A stretch of 64,000 nt of DNA from an uncultured Nitrospiraceae bacterium (GTDB lineage: Bacteria; Nitrospirota; Thermodesulfovibrionia; Thermodesulfovibrionales; SM23-35), in contig CAVSHB010000002.1 in the NCBI GenBank assembly GCA_963727775.1, positions 827,377 through 891,376 of the forward strand, given 5' to 3'. Of this stretch, positions 20,349 to 29,775 are shown in pieces (within the stretch, counting starts at the first letter, position 1; each line of letters opens with the position of its first letter). The translations under genes were made by a program, and so were the position numbers. Under the pieces are notes generated by a model. That model did not search any database. It was not told the DNA's origin and saw nothing but the letters and a program-made list of their open reading frames with translations.

Positions 20349-20712
20349 CTAGTGTCACTGCCGATGAGATCATAAGGGTTTTGAAGTCACTTGGATTCGA
20401 AAAAGTAGATCAGTCAGGCAGTCATCAAAAGTGGAAACATCCTTTAACCGGCAAGCAGACGATAGTGGCCTATCATTCGGGAGAAATAATCAGGCCCAAG
20501 ACATTCAAGAAAATTCTTGAAGGCGCTGGATTGACCGTAGATGATTTTATTGCAATCAGAAAGAAACTATGAGATATAGAGTGCTCATCGGGGTTGTGTT
20601 TTGAAATATAAGATTTGCCCGTGAAGACTTTGTACCTTGACTGACAAATTGACAAGGTGTTGAGTTTCTTTTATTATAGCCTTAAATATAAGCATGTTAT
20701 TTAAAAGTACTT

Positions 20713-20994
20713 ATGACGCGAGAATCGATTATAGAATCTATCAAGAATACCCTCAAAAGGTACGGCATCACCAAAGCATACCTCTTTGGCAGCTTTGCCC
20801 GGCTGGACGACGACTACCATGACATAGACGTCGCAATCGAGCCGCCACAGGGCAAATTCTCCCTGTTTGATCTTGTCGGCGTAGAACAGGAGCTTGAGGA
20901 TCTAACAGGCCAGAAGGTCGACGTGGTTATCTATCGCGCTCTTAACCCTCGTATTAGGAGCTATGTTGACCAAGACCTTGTGCCGATATTATGA
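20713..20994 (+). CDS. Minimal nucleotidyltransferase (MNT) antitoxin
   Basis: LFGSFAR....DIDV, ELEDLTGQKVDV. Confidence 0.88.
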   Translation: MTRESIIESIKNTLKRYGITKAYLFGSFARLDDDYHDIDVAIEPPQGKFSLFDLVGVEQELEDLTGQKVDVVIYRALNPRIRSYVDQDLVPIL

Positions 20995-21050
20995 CAGCCG
21001 GAAAAGACGATCTTGTCTATATAGAGGACATGCTGTCGGCGATAGATTAA
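20991..21050 (+). pseudogene. Truncated HEPN/DUF86 toxin 5' stub
   Basis: MTAGKDDLVYIEDMLSAID* overlaps the MNT stop (ATGA) and resembles DUF86 N-termini. Confidence 0.6.
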
Positions 21051-21067
21051 TCATTAAATTCCGACAA

Positions 21068-21122
21068 ATGATCGAACGAGCTTATGACATACCTTTATTG
21101 CCAATCTCGCCTCAGAGAAAAG
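21068..21122 (+). pseudogene. Second degenerate copy of the DUF1156 methylase 5' end
   Basis: ATGATCGAACGAGCTTATGACATACCTTTATTGCCAATCTCGCCTCAGAGAAAAG compared with 17944 ATGATTGAACGCGATTTTGATATCCCTTTTATTGCCAATCTCTCTCTGAGAGAAAAG. Confidence 0.7.
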
Positions 21123-21209
21123 TAAAGAACTTCACACGCCCGTGCAGATTTCTAAAACTGAAGCCACTGAGTTAAAATATATAAAATGTGGACAAAGGGG
21201 GTGAAGTCA

Positions 21210-21421
21210 TGCGTTATAGAATTCTCATAGAGCAAGACGAAGACGGGATGTTTATCGCAGAATGTCCTTCTCTTCCCGGATGTGTTTCTCAGGGTAAAAC
21301 GCGGAAAGAAGCTTTGGAAAATATTCAAGACGCCATGAAAGGGTATGTCGAGAGTTTGAAGAAGCATAACGAGCCTATTCCTCCTCCGATTGAAGAAGAG
21401 ATCGTAGAGGTGGCTGTTTGA
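21210..21421 (+). CDS. hicB: HicB-family antitoxin
   Basis: MRYRILIEQDEDGMFIAECPSLPGCVSQGKTRKEALENIQDA; start approximate. Confidence 0.88.
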
Positions 21422-21507
21422 GTAAATTACCAATTGTTTCGGGCCAAGAGCTTTGCCAAGTTGGCTTAACGACGGAAGAGTTGAAAGATTTAATTGAAAT
21501 CGTATAA
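21418..21507 (+). pseudogene. HicA toxin with an in-frame internal deletion
   Basis: MSKLPIVSGQELCQ joined directly to VGLTTEELKDLI; both HicA termini are present but the GSH core is missing. Confidence 0.7.
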
Positions 21508-21621
21508 CCAACGAAGTTAAGCATTTTTTGTCATTAATTTCTTTTTGATTTGCCTATTTCCTGATTGAAATAATATGATGAATGAATTAGAATACATAAG
21601 AATAAATATGAAAGAAGGTGA

Positions 21622-21870
21622 ATGATTGTGCCAAAAACCATAACACTGCGATTGCGCGATGAAGTGTATGAGAAATTGAATCGCGCCGCTATGGAGGACA
21701 ACAGGAGCATAGCGAATCTGATTGAGACACTCGCCATAGAAAAGCTCGAAGAAGAATCGCTGGCTGATGACTTTGAGATGGAGGAAATAGTTTCCAACGC
21801 CGCCTTGCTGAAAAAGCTCGACAAAGGCCACAGACAGGCTGCACAGAGGAAAGGCAGACTGGTTGGTTAG
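21622..21870 (+). CDS. Ribbon-helix-helix antitoxin
   Basis: KTITLRL.DEVYEKL..AA.EDNRSIAN; overlaps the toxin gene. Confidence 0.8.
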   Translation: MIVPKTITLRLRDEVYEKLNRAAMEDNRSIANLIETLAIEKLEEESLADDFEMEEIVSNAALLKKLDKGHRQAAQRKGRLVG

Positions 21871-22144
21871 ATACAGGATCTTTGAGACTGAGCAGTTTCT
21901 TGAGGACCTATCAGATAGCTTTGGATCGCACGGTGAGCGTATAAGGAAGAAACTTTCAGAATATGTCTATCCTCAATTGAGAAACTCCCCGTATTTTGGT
22001 AAACACATCAAAAAGCTGAAGAATTATAAGCCTGAGACCTGGAGATACAGGGTCGGTAATTACCGTTTTTTTTACGAAATCGATGAAACGGAGCATATCG
22101 TCTATATGATCGTTGCGGAGTCGCGCAAGGACAGTTACAGATAA
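21863..22144 (+). CDS. RelE/ParE-family toxin
   Basis: IKKLK, WRYRVGNYRFFYEID. Confidence 0.88.
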   Translation: MVRYRIFETEQFLEDLSDSFGSHGERIRKKLSEYVYPQLRNSPYFGKHIKKLKNYKPETWRYRVGNYRFFYEIDETEHIVYMIVAESRKDSYR

Positions 22145-22361
22145 CGGTCTGATCATTTCGTCAAATCAGCCTTTCCAGTACAATATCCAGGGACACCCCC
22201 ATATTAAATGACATTAAGACTGTTATTCTGAAAGCCCCTCAGGAATATTCTCCTGCCCGAAGAGCTTCCGAAAATTCTTTCCGTTGAAACAACCACCCTT
22301 TCTTGACAGCTGCATTGCAATGCATTACAATGAATTATCTTGTAATAGGAGGGTAAATAGC

Positions 22362-22619
22362 ATGAACTCTCAACTAACAGTCAGATTGCCTGATAACCTT
22401 GAAAAAGGTATCTCGATGATCGCCAAAAAGCTTCATTTAAAGCGGGCTGATATCGTCAGAATGGCATTAGAGAGATTTGTTAAACAAGCTGAGGGGGGAG
22501 ACGAGAGTAGCCCGTATGATAGGGTAAAGAGCCTTCTTGGAAGTGTTTCGAGCGGCATCTCCGACCTCGGGGAGTCACACCGGGAGCACCTCTTGAGGAA
22601 AATGAAGCGGCATGCGTAG
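22362..22619 (+). CDS. CopG/RHH antitoxin (VapB-like)
   Basis: MNSQLTVRLP...RADIVRMAL; AGGAGG upstream. Confidence 0.8.
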   Translation: MNSQLTVRLPDNLEKGISMIAKKLHLKRADIVRMALERFVKQAEGGDESSPYDRVKSLLGSVSSGISDLGESHREHLLRKMKRHA

Positions 22620-23025
22620 CTTGCTGTTTGATACCGGCGCATTTGTCGCGTTGCTTGATAAAAGCGAAAAGAATCACGAGCGTTGCGTTGCCTTTTTAAA
22701 AGAGTTTAAAGGTAAGCTTTTCACCACGGAACCGGTACTCACAGAGACCCTTTATCTGCTCGGACCATCAATAAAAGCTCAGCGGGTTTGCATTGACTTT
22801 ATATTGAAAGGCGGAGCAACTTTGATCCCCCAAGCAAAGGAAAGTTTATCTCGCGCATCTGCACTCATGGAAAAGTATGAGGACATCCCGATGGATTTTG
22901 CAGATGCTACCCTCGTGTCCCTCGCTGAAGAGATAGATGGAGTCGAGATACTCACTCTTGATCGGAGAGGTTTTAGTGCTTACCGTATTCGCGGGAAGAC
23001 AGCATTTAAAATCTGGCCGGAGTAG
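22612..23025 (+). CDS. vapC: PIN-domain VapC toxin
   Basis: FDTG, VLTE, MDFADA, TLDRR.F acidic PIN residues. Confidence 0.9.
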   Translation: MRSLLFDTGAFVALLDKSEKNHERCVAFLKEFKGKLFTTEPVLTETLYLLGPSIKAQRVCIDFILKGGATLIPQAKESLSRASALMEKYEDIPMDFADATLVSLAEEIDGVEILTLDRRGFSAYRIRGKTAFKIWPE

Positions 23026-23038
23026 GTGGCACTGATTT

Positions 23039-24571
23039 ATGAATAAATGGATCATTACACTCACCGTTATGCTTCCCACGTTGATCGAGATCATAGATAC
23101 GTCAGTTGTCAATGTATCTCTCGATCATATCAGGGGCAGTCTCTCTGCAGGTATAGACGAATCAACCTGGACGATTACCTCTTATCTGGTATCCAATGCA
23201 ATTATAATCCCCATGACAGGGTGGCTGAGCAGGGTTTTCGGCAGAAAGCGCTATCTGATTATCTCGATAATCACTTTTACCATAAGTTCTTTTCTCTGCG
23301 GCGCTGCCTGGAGTCTCCAGAGCCTTGTTGTTTTCAGGATACTCCAGGGGATAGGCGGCGGCGCGCTGCAGCCGTTGTCGCAATCCATTCTCCTTGAGAC
23401 ATTCCCGCCCCGTCAGCATGGGATAGCGATGGCGGCATTCGGGGTCGGCATAATGTTCGGCCCTATTATCGGCCCGCTGCTCGGAGGCTGGATCACAGAC
23501 AACTGGTCATGGCACTGGATATTTTTTATAAACGTGCCGATCGGCATAATCTCCGTACTCCTGACAATGGTCTTCATTACGGACCCTCCTTATATGAAAA
23601 GGATGAGGCTGAAGATAGATTACTGGGGGCTTGCTCTCCTTGCAGTGGGACTCGGCTGTTTGCAGATTGTGCTCGATAAGGGACAGCAGGAAAACTGGTT
23701 TTCATCGAGTTTCATCGTATGGCTGAGCGTTATCTCAGTGGTATCACTGGTATCGTTTGTTGTTGCTGAGCTATTTGCGAAGAACCCTATAGTCAATCTC
23801 AAGGCATTTAAAAATGTATCTTTCAGTACGGGGAATGTAGTGATGTTCATGGGGTTCTTCAATCTTTTTGCGAGTATCGTCCTGCTTCCGATCTATCTTC
23901 AGACGTTAATGGGATACACATCATTCCTTGCGGGGTTCGTTTTAGGCCCCGGCGGGATCGCGACATTAATATCTTTGCCGTTGGCAGGGGCGCTGGTGAA
24001 TAAAGTAAATCCGAAGGCGCTCCTGGCATTCGGGATTACAGTAAATGCATATGCGACTTATCTCATGTCTAACTTCAGCCTCAGCGCTGATTTTTATACC
24101 GTGATATGGCCGAGGATCGTACTGGGTATAGGGATGGGGTTTTTCTTTATCCCTTTGACTACAATGACAATGTCGGGCATAAAAAAAGAAGATATGGGCA
24201 ATGCGTCGGCAATCTATAACCTCCTCAGAAATCTTGGGGGCAGCTTCGGTGTCGCCTTTGTAACCACCATCCTTTCACGGCGCGACCAGTTCCATCAAAC
24301 CCGTCTTATTGAGCATCTCACCCCATTTGACAGGACCTATCAGGCTATATCAGAAAAAACGACCCAGCTTCTTCAATACAGGGGACTTGAAAATTCTCAG
24401 TCGGCTAATGGCGGACTCGGGGTCATGTATAGGGAACTTCTGAGGCAGGCGTCGATGCTGTCTTTCAACGACGCATTCCATCTTGTGAGCATCATGATGA
24501 TATGTATTCTCCCTTTGGTGTTATTGATGAAACGAAGTAAAGGAACAGCTTCTTCGCCAGGTATGCATTGA
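23039..24571 (+). CDS. emrB: DHA2-family MFS efflux permease
   Basis: DTSVVNVSL, TSYLVSNAI, GPLLGGWITDN.SWHWIFFINVP. Confidence 0.9.
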   Translation: MNKWIITLTVMLPTLIEIIDTSVVNVSLDHIRGSLSAGIDESTWTITSYLVSNAIIIPMTGWLSRVFGRKRYLIISIITFTISSFLCGAAWSLQSLVVFRILQGIGGGALQPLSQSILLETFPPRQHGIAMAAFGVGIMFGPIIGPLLGGWITDNWSWHWIFFINVPIGIISVLLTMVFITDPPYMKRMRLKIDYWGLALLAVGLGCLQIVLDKGQQENWFSSSFIVWLSVISVVSLVSFVVAELFAKNPIVNLKAFKNVSFSTGNVVMFMGFFNLFASIVLLPIYLQTLMGYTSFLAGFVLGPGGIATLISLPLAGALVNKVNPKALLAFGITVNAYATYLMSNFSLSADFYTVIWPRIVLGIGMGFFFIPLTTMTMSGIKKEDMGNASAIYNLLRNLGGSFGVAFVTTILSRRDQFHQTRLIEHLTPFDRTYQAISEKTTQLLQYRGLENSQSANGGLGVMYRELLRQASMLSFNDAFHLVSIMMICILPLVLLMKRSKGTASSPGMH

Positions 24572-24587
24572 CGCAATTGTTTTTTCG

Positions 24588-24742
24588 CCCACTTAATTTA
24601 TAAAATTTGCGAGTGCCGGCAGATACAGTATTTGCGCTCATTCTCGGCCCGGTACGAATCGGGCCTCCGAGGTAAATTCTTTCTTCGAAAGAATTTAAGG
24701 CCGCGCAAATACTGTATCTGTCGATATTATGAAAAGTTCGGA
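24588..24742. repeat. Structured MITE-like repeat of about 155 bp, copy 1
   Basis: Near-identical to 30425-30582; long stem CAGATACAGTATTTGCGC / GCGCAAATACTGTATCTG. Confidence 0.85.
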
Positions 24743-24771
24743 TTAGGTTAAAATAAGACCAAGAGGTACAC

Positions 24772-25932
24772 ATGCTGTTATTTTTAATTATATTCTTCCT
24801 TCTTTACGGAGGAATGCATCTGTATGCTTTTCTGAAAGCAAAAGCTGCTTTTGCATTTGGTTTATATACTGGTATTTGTATCGCTTTGTGCATGCTGGTA
24901 TTGCTCTTGGCCCCGATTATTATCCGCCTGTCTGAAAGATCCGGGTTTGAAGGGTTTGCACGCGCGATGTCCTACATTGGATATACTTGGATGGGAGTGT
25001 TATTTTTGTTCGCTTCCTGTTCATTGGTCCTTGATCTCTACCGCATTATTGTTCATACAGCCGGCTTTGCAATGAAAAAGGATTTTTCGTATCTTGCAGT
25101 GTCGTCGGGTTATGCTTTTTCAATTCCCCTTGCTTTGTCTGTGTTGGTCGCCGTCTACGGCTATTTCGAGGCAAAGGATATCCGCACTGAAAAAATAGTG
25201 CTGAAATCACCCAAAATTCCTGAGGATATCGGCAGCCTGAGGATAGTCCAGATATCCGATGTCCATCTTGGATTGATAGTTAGAGAAGAAAGATTGAAAA
25301 GGATTGTAGAAGAAGTGAAAAAGGCAAAGCCGGATATCCTTGTATCAACAGGCGACCTTGTTGACGGGCAGATAAACGGTCTCTCCGGACTCGCTGAAAT
25401 TTTGCGGGAAATCAAGCCGCGATATGGGAAATTTGCGATAACGGGCAATCACGAGGTTTATGCCGGACTTACTCAGGCAGTAGATTTTACTGAAAAGGCA
25501 GGATTTAGAATACTGAGGGGTGAAGGATTGACTGTCGCAGGTATTAACATTGCCGGAGTCGATGATCCTCAGGCCAAAGTTTACAGCCGTCTTAAAGGAG
25601 TTACAGAGACAAAGCTGCTGTCAGGACTTCCTCCGGAAAGATTTACCCTGTTGCTCAAGCACAGGCCTCTCATCGACAGCAATGCGGTCGGCCTTTTCGA
25701 CCTTCAGCTTTCGGGACATGTTCATAAAGGCCAGATCTTTCCATTCAGTCTGATTACAGGCTTATATTATCATCCTATTCAGGCGGGGTTTGCGGACCTT
25801 GCTCATAATTCCCATTTATATATAAGCAGGGGGGCGGGCACGTGGGGGCCGCCGATACGCTTCCTGTCGCCTCCCGAGGTAACTGTAATTGACATAGTCC
25901 GTTCAGACGAAGCTTTGTTAACCCCACCCTAA
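24772..25932 (+). CDS. Membrane-anchored metallophosphoesterase (YkuE/YaeI-like)
   Basis: SDVH, GDLVD, GNHE, HRP, SGHVH motifs; N-terminal TM helices. Confidence 0.9.
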   Translation: MLLFLIIFFLLYGGMHLYAFLKAKAAFAFGLYTGICIALCMLVLLLAPIIIRLSERSGFEGFARAMSYIGYTWMGVLFLFASCSLVLDLYRIIVHTAGFAMKKDFSYLAVSSGYAFSIPLALSVLVAVYGYFEAKDIRTEKIVLKSPKIPEDIGSLRIVQISDVHLGLIVREERLKRIVEEVKKAKPDILVSTGDLVDGQINGLSGLAEILREIKPRYGKFAITGNHEVYAGLTQAVDFTEKAGFRILRGEGLTVAGINIAGVDDPQAKVYSRLKGVTETKLLSGLPPERFTLLLKHRPLIDSNAVGLFDLQLSGHVHKGQIFPFSLITGLYYHPIQAGFADLAHNSHLYISRGAGTWGPPIRFLSPPEVTVIDIVRSDEALLTPP

Positions 25933-25948
25933 AACGCTTTTATAGCGT

Positions 25949-25980
25949 AAAGGGCCTCAGAAAACGAGGCCCTTTTTCTT
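25949..25980 (+). terminator. Intrinsic terminator
   Basis: AAAGGGCCTC-loop-GAGGCCCTTT followed by a T tract. Confidence 0.8.
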
Positions 25981-26039
25981 TTTATGCACTATAATAGATA
26001 TGCATTATTTTAGTTGGTATCAAAGGAGTATTTGAAAGA

Positions 26040-26870
26040 ATGAGAAAATTTCCATTTCTGCATCTTTTCCTTTTTTTGCTTACGTTTATGTCTACTCTCT
26101 TCTGGGGGGCACTGCACGCAGGGGTGGACTTATTGAAAGAGCCTGGAAAGATTTACATGGGACTCCCGTTTGCATTAACGTTAATGACAATCCTTTTGTG
26201 CCATGAGTTATCACATTATTTTACATCAAAAAGACATAGGGTAAAGGCAACATTGCCATATTTTATCCCGGCCCCGACTATCATTGGTACCTTCGGGGCA
26301 TTTATTAAGATGAAATCCCCGATTGCTACAAGAGAAGCCCTCATTGATATCGGAGCGTCGGGACCGATTGCAGGTTTTATCATTTCAGTTATTGCGACCG
26401 TTATAGGTCTGAGCATATCCGAGGTGGTATCTGTCGCCCAAGCCAAAGGAGGACTGAACCTTGGTGATTCAATCCTCTTTTCTTTCCTGTCAAGAATGAT
26501 ATTAGGGGTCACGCCGTCCGGGTATGACATCCTATTGAACCCAGTTGCCTTTGCCGGATGGATCGGCCTTTTTGTTACTTCCATTAATCTGATCCCGGTC
26601 GGGCAGCTTGACGGCGGACATATTGCCTATGCGCTTTTAGGGGACAGACATATTAAGCTTTCTATTTTACTTATTGTTGTAATGGCTTTCCTGGGACTCT
26701 TCTTATGGCAGGGATGGGCCATATGGGCGGTTTTATTGGTAATACTCGGGCTAAGACATCCGCCCGTGCTTTATTGGGTACCCGGATTAGACTCTAAGAG
26801 GAAATTTGTCGGATGGCTCTCACTTGTAATATTTATACTGACATTTATTCCTATGCCGTTCAATTTTTAA
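26040..26870 (+). CDS. Site-2 protease (M50 family)
   Basis: HELSH and NLIPVGQLDGGH. Confidence 0.92.
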   Translation: MRKFPFLHLFLFLLTFMSTLFWGALHAGVDLLKEPGKIYMGLPFALTLMTILLCHELSHYFTSKRHRVKATLPYFIPAPTIIGTFGAFIKMKSPIATREALIDIGASGPIAGFIISVIATVIGLSISEVVSVAQAKGGLNLGDSILFSFLSRMILGVTPSGYDILLNPVAFAGWIGLFVTSINLIPVGQLDGGHIAYALLGDRHIKLSILLIVVMAFLGLFLWQGWAIWAVLLVILGLRHPPVLYWVPGLDSKRKFVGWLSLVIFILTFIPMPFNF

Positions 26871-27054
26871 GTGACTCATACTTAAAGAAGAAATCGTTTC
26901 TATGGTATACTATTTATTGACCGGTAGGATGAAATTCATATAACTGTAGTTGATTCTCTTCAATCCCTATGTATTTATAAAAGTTTTTGGGAAATTATTA
27001 ATAATCCGTTCATTTCGTCATTGTTAAAACTTTCTATTAAAAAGGAGATTCTGC

Positions 27055-27498
27055 ATGAAGGTTATACTGAAAGAAGACGTTAAAAATATCGGCAGTATGG
27101 GGCAGATTGTGGATGTGGCTGATGGGTTTGCGAGAAATTACCTGGTGCCAAGAGCACTCGCTGCCGAGGCTAATGTAAAGAACATACGGTCTCTCGAACA
27201 TGAAAAAACAATTATTCAGGAGAAGGCCAAAAAAATCAAGAACCAGGCCCAAGTCCTGTCGGACAAGGTTTCTAATATGACCATAATAATTAAGGCAAAG
27301 GCCGGTGAAGAAGGAAAACTATTCGGCGCTGTAACAACAATGGACATAGCCGAGCAGATGAAAAATGAAGGGGTGGATATCGACAAGAAGAAGATTGTCC
27401 TTGATGAGCCCATAAAGAGGGTTGGTTCCTATTCCGTAGGCATAAAGCTCCATCCTTCGGTTGCAACGCTGGTCAATGTGCAGGTTGTCGAGGAATAA
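27055..27498 (+). CDS. rplI: 50S ribosomal protein L9
   Basis: MKVIL.EDV..G..G..V.VADGFARNYL, GKLFGAVT. Confidence 0.97.
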   Translation: MKVILKEDVKNIGSMGQIVDVADGFARNYLVPRALAAEANVKNIRSLEHEKTIIQEKAKKIKNQAQVLSDKVSNMTIIIKAKAGEEGKLFGAVTTMDIAEQMKNEGVDIDKKKIVLDEPIKRVGSYSVGIKLHPSVATLVNVQVVEE

Positions 27499-27544
27499 GA
27501 GTTTAGGCCGCTAAATAACAGAAGATAATAAGGTATTTTTAAGA

Positions 27545-28918
27545 ATGAAAAGCGCAGAAGTACAGCTCGATAAGCTGCCGCCCCAGAACCTGGAGGCAGA
27601 GCAATCCATTCTCGGTGCGGTCCTCATAGATAACGATGCGCTGCCGAAAGCATTGGAGATCCTCGACCCCGAAGATTTCTATAAGCTGTCCCACAGAAAA
27701 ATATTCAATGCAATGTCGGACCTTTTCGAGAAAAATGAAGCGATAGACCTAATAACACTGACGGACTGCCTGAAAAAGAAGGACGATCTGGAAACCGTCG
27801 GCGGTGTATCTTATCTCTCATCTCTGGTCAATATGACCCCGACTGCTGCAAATATAAAATATCATTCGCACATCGTAAGGGAAAGGGCTTTGCTGAGGGG
27901 GCTTTTAAGGTCTGCGAATGAGATTGCAGGCAAGGTCTATGAAGAAAGTCTTGACGCAGAGGATCTCGTTGATTTTGCGGAGAGATCAATCTTCGATATA
28001 TCCGACAAAAGAATTAAAGCTTCATTTGTGACCTTAAAAGAGGTCATTAAAGACAGCTTTGAGATGATAGAACGTCTCTATGACAAAAAGGAATCTGTAA
28101 CAGGAGTGCCTTCAGGTTTCAAGGACCTTGATGACCTTACGACAGGGTTCCAAAAAGGTGATCTGGTCGTAATAGGCGGAAGGCCTTCGATGGGGAAAAC
28201 GGCGTTCTCGCTTAATGTCGCCCAGTATGTCGGGCTTGAAATGAAAGAGCCGGTTGCGATATTCAGCCTTGAAATGTCAAAGGAACAGCTTGCTTTAAGA
28301 ATGTTGTGTTCCGAAGCGAAGGTAAATTCGAACAGCATCAGAAAAGGGTTTATAAAAAAAGAGGACTGGCATAAACTGACGAGCGCGGCAAGCAACCTTA
28401 CAAGCGCGCCGATTTTTATCGATGATTCATCCGCTATTACAGTCCTTGAACTGAGGGCAAAGGCAAGACGGCTAAAAATGGAACATGGCCTCAGCCTTAT
28501 TATTGTGGACTACCTGCAGTTGATGAAAGGTAAGGGAAGTTTTGAAAGGCGTGAACAGGAGATATCCGATATATCCCGCTCTCTTAAAGCGCTGGCAAAA
28601 GAGCTGAGCGTGCCTGTTATTGCCGTCAGCCAGCTCAACAGGAGCGTTGAGTCGCGCAAACCTCCGAAGCCCATGTTGGCGGACCTGAGGGAATCAGGGG
28701 CTATTGAGCAGGATGCGGATGTTATCCTTTTTCTTTACAGGGATGAAGTTTATAATAAGGACAATCCTGCCAATAAGGGAAAAGCGGAAGTTGACATTGC
28801 CAAGCAAAGAAACGGTCCTGCCGGAGTAACAGTCCATTTGGCGTATATCTCGAGCTGCACAAGGTTTATGAACATGGCGGACAGGGAGTATGGGGATATG
28901 GAGGAGGAAGCGTTTTGA
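27545..28918 (+). CDS. dnaB: Replicative DNA helicase
   Basis: PPQNLEAEQ, GRPSMGKT, FSLEM, DYLQL, SQLNR, DLRESGAIEQDAD, KQRNGP. Confidence 0.97.
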   Translation: MKSAEVQLDKLPPQNLEAEQSILGAVLIDNDALPKALEILDPEDFYKLSHRKIFNAMSDLFEKNEAIDLITLTDCLKKKDDLETVGGVSYLSSLVNMTPTAANIKYHSHIVRERALLRGLLRSANEIAGKVYEESLDAEDLVDFAERSIFDISDKRIKASFVTLKEVIKDSFEMIERLYDKKESVTGVPSGFKDLDDLTTGFQKGDLVVIGGRPSMGKTAFSLNVAQYVGLEMKEPVAIFSLEMSKEQLALRMLCSEAKVNSNSIRKGFIKKEDWHKLTSAASNLTSAPIFIDDSSAITVLELRAKARRLKMEHGLSLIIVDYLQLMKGKGSFERREQEISDISRSLKALAKELSVPVIAVSQLNRSVESRKPPKPMLADLRESGAIEQDADVILFLYRDEVYNKDNPANKGKAEVDIAKQRNGPAGVTVHLAYISSCTRFMNMADREYGDMEEEAF

Positions 28919-29718
28919 AACGGTCTCCCTCAGTCTCAGGGCAGTTTTATTATGACACTGCCTCAAAATTGACCGATCAAGTCGGGCAGTATATAGACAA
29001 AAATGCAAAAAAGGAAAGGGTAATAGGTATTGTTTCTCCCCATGCAGGTCTCATGTATTCGGGAGCTGTTGCAGGGGCTGTTTATTCCGCGATAGATTTT
29101 CCTGAGACATTTATCCTTTTGGGACCGAATCATACAGGACTTGGGTCGCGGATATCCATAATGGAATCCGGTGAGTGGGAGATACCTACCGGTATTTTTC
29201 AGATAGATGAGAAGATTTCCCATAAGATTGCCATGAGCGTGCCCATTGCGGCCAAGGACACAAAGGCCCATATGTTTGAGCACTCGATCGAGGTGCAACT
29301 GCCCTTTATCGCGTATTTCTCTCAAAGCGTAAAAATTGTTCCGATTGTCATGCTTTCAGCAACTGTTGAGGAATGCAGGTTGCTTGGAGAGGGAATTGCA
29401 GCAGCAGTTAAGGATGCGAACTATCCGGTTGTTGTTGCGGCAAGTTCGGATATGAGCCATTATGTGCCTGATAATGTTGCACGGCAGAAAGATAAAAAAG
29501 CTGTAGACAGGATACTGTCTCTCGACCCAGGGGGCCTGTATGAAGTGGTAATAAAAGAAAAGATATCCATGTGCGGATATCTGCCTGTTACGGCGATGCT
29601 GTTTGCCGCAAAGGCGCTCGGCGCAGGGTCCGCAAGACTTGTTAACTATTCTACATCGGCAGAGGTCAGTGGAGATTATGACCATGTTGTCGGTTATGCA
29701 GGAATTGTACTGAGATAA
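28915..29718 (+). CDS. AmmeMemoRadiSam system protein B (MEMO1 family)
   Basis: PHAG..YSG, GPNHTG, EHSIEVQLPF, SSDMSH, MCG, VVGYA. Confidence 0.9.
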   Translation: MKRSPSVSGQFYYDTASKLTDQVGQYIDKNAKKERVIGIVSPHAGLMYSGAVAGAVYSAIDFPETFILLGPNHTGLGSRISIMESGEWEIPTGIFQIDEKISHKIAMSVPIAAKDTKAHMFEHSIEVQLPFIAYFSQSVKIVPIVMLSATVEECRLLGEGIAAAVKDANYPVVVAASSDMSHYVPDNVARQKDKKAVDRILSLDPGGLYEVVIKEKISMCGYLPVTAMLFAAKALGAGSARLVNYSTSAEVSGDYDHVVGYAGIVLR

Positions 29719-29775
29719 CCTTGTTTTTTAATTTATAAGTATGTTATTTTATTAAGTTGAAATGGAGGTATATAT

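Larger units (their letters stand above)
18626..20572 (+). pseudogene. hicA: HicA toxin gene interrupted by IS1182 after codon 6
   Basis: Removing the IS and one CTAG restores MGERQPSVTADEIIRVLKSLGFEKVDQSGSHQKWKH..., which has the GSH motif. Confidence 0.85.

Noticed and set aside
15932..23038. Integron cassette array
   Set aside because: No integrase, and I could not identify recurring attC-like sites by eye; not formally excluded.
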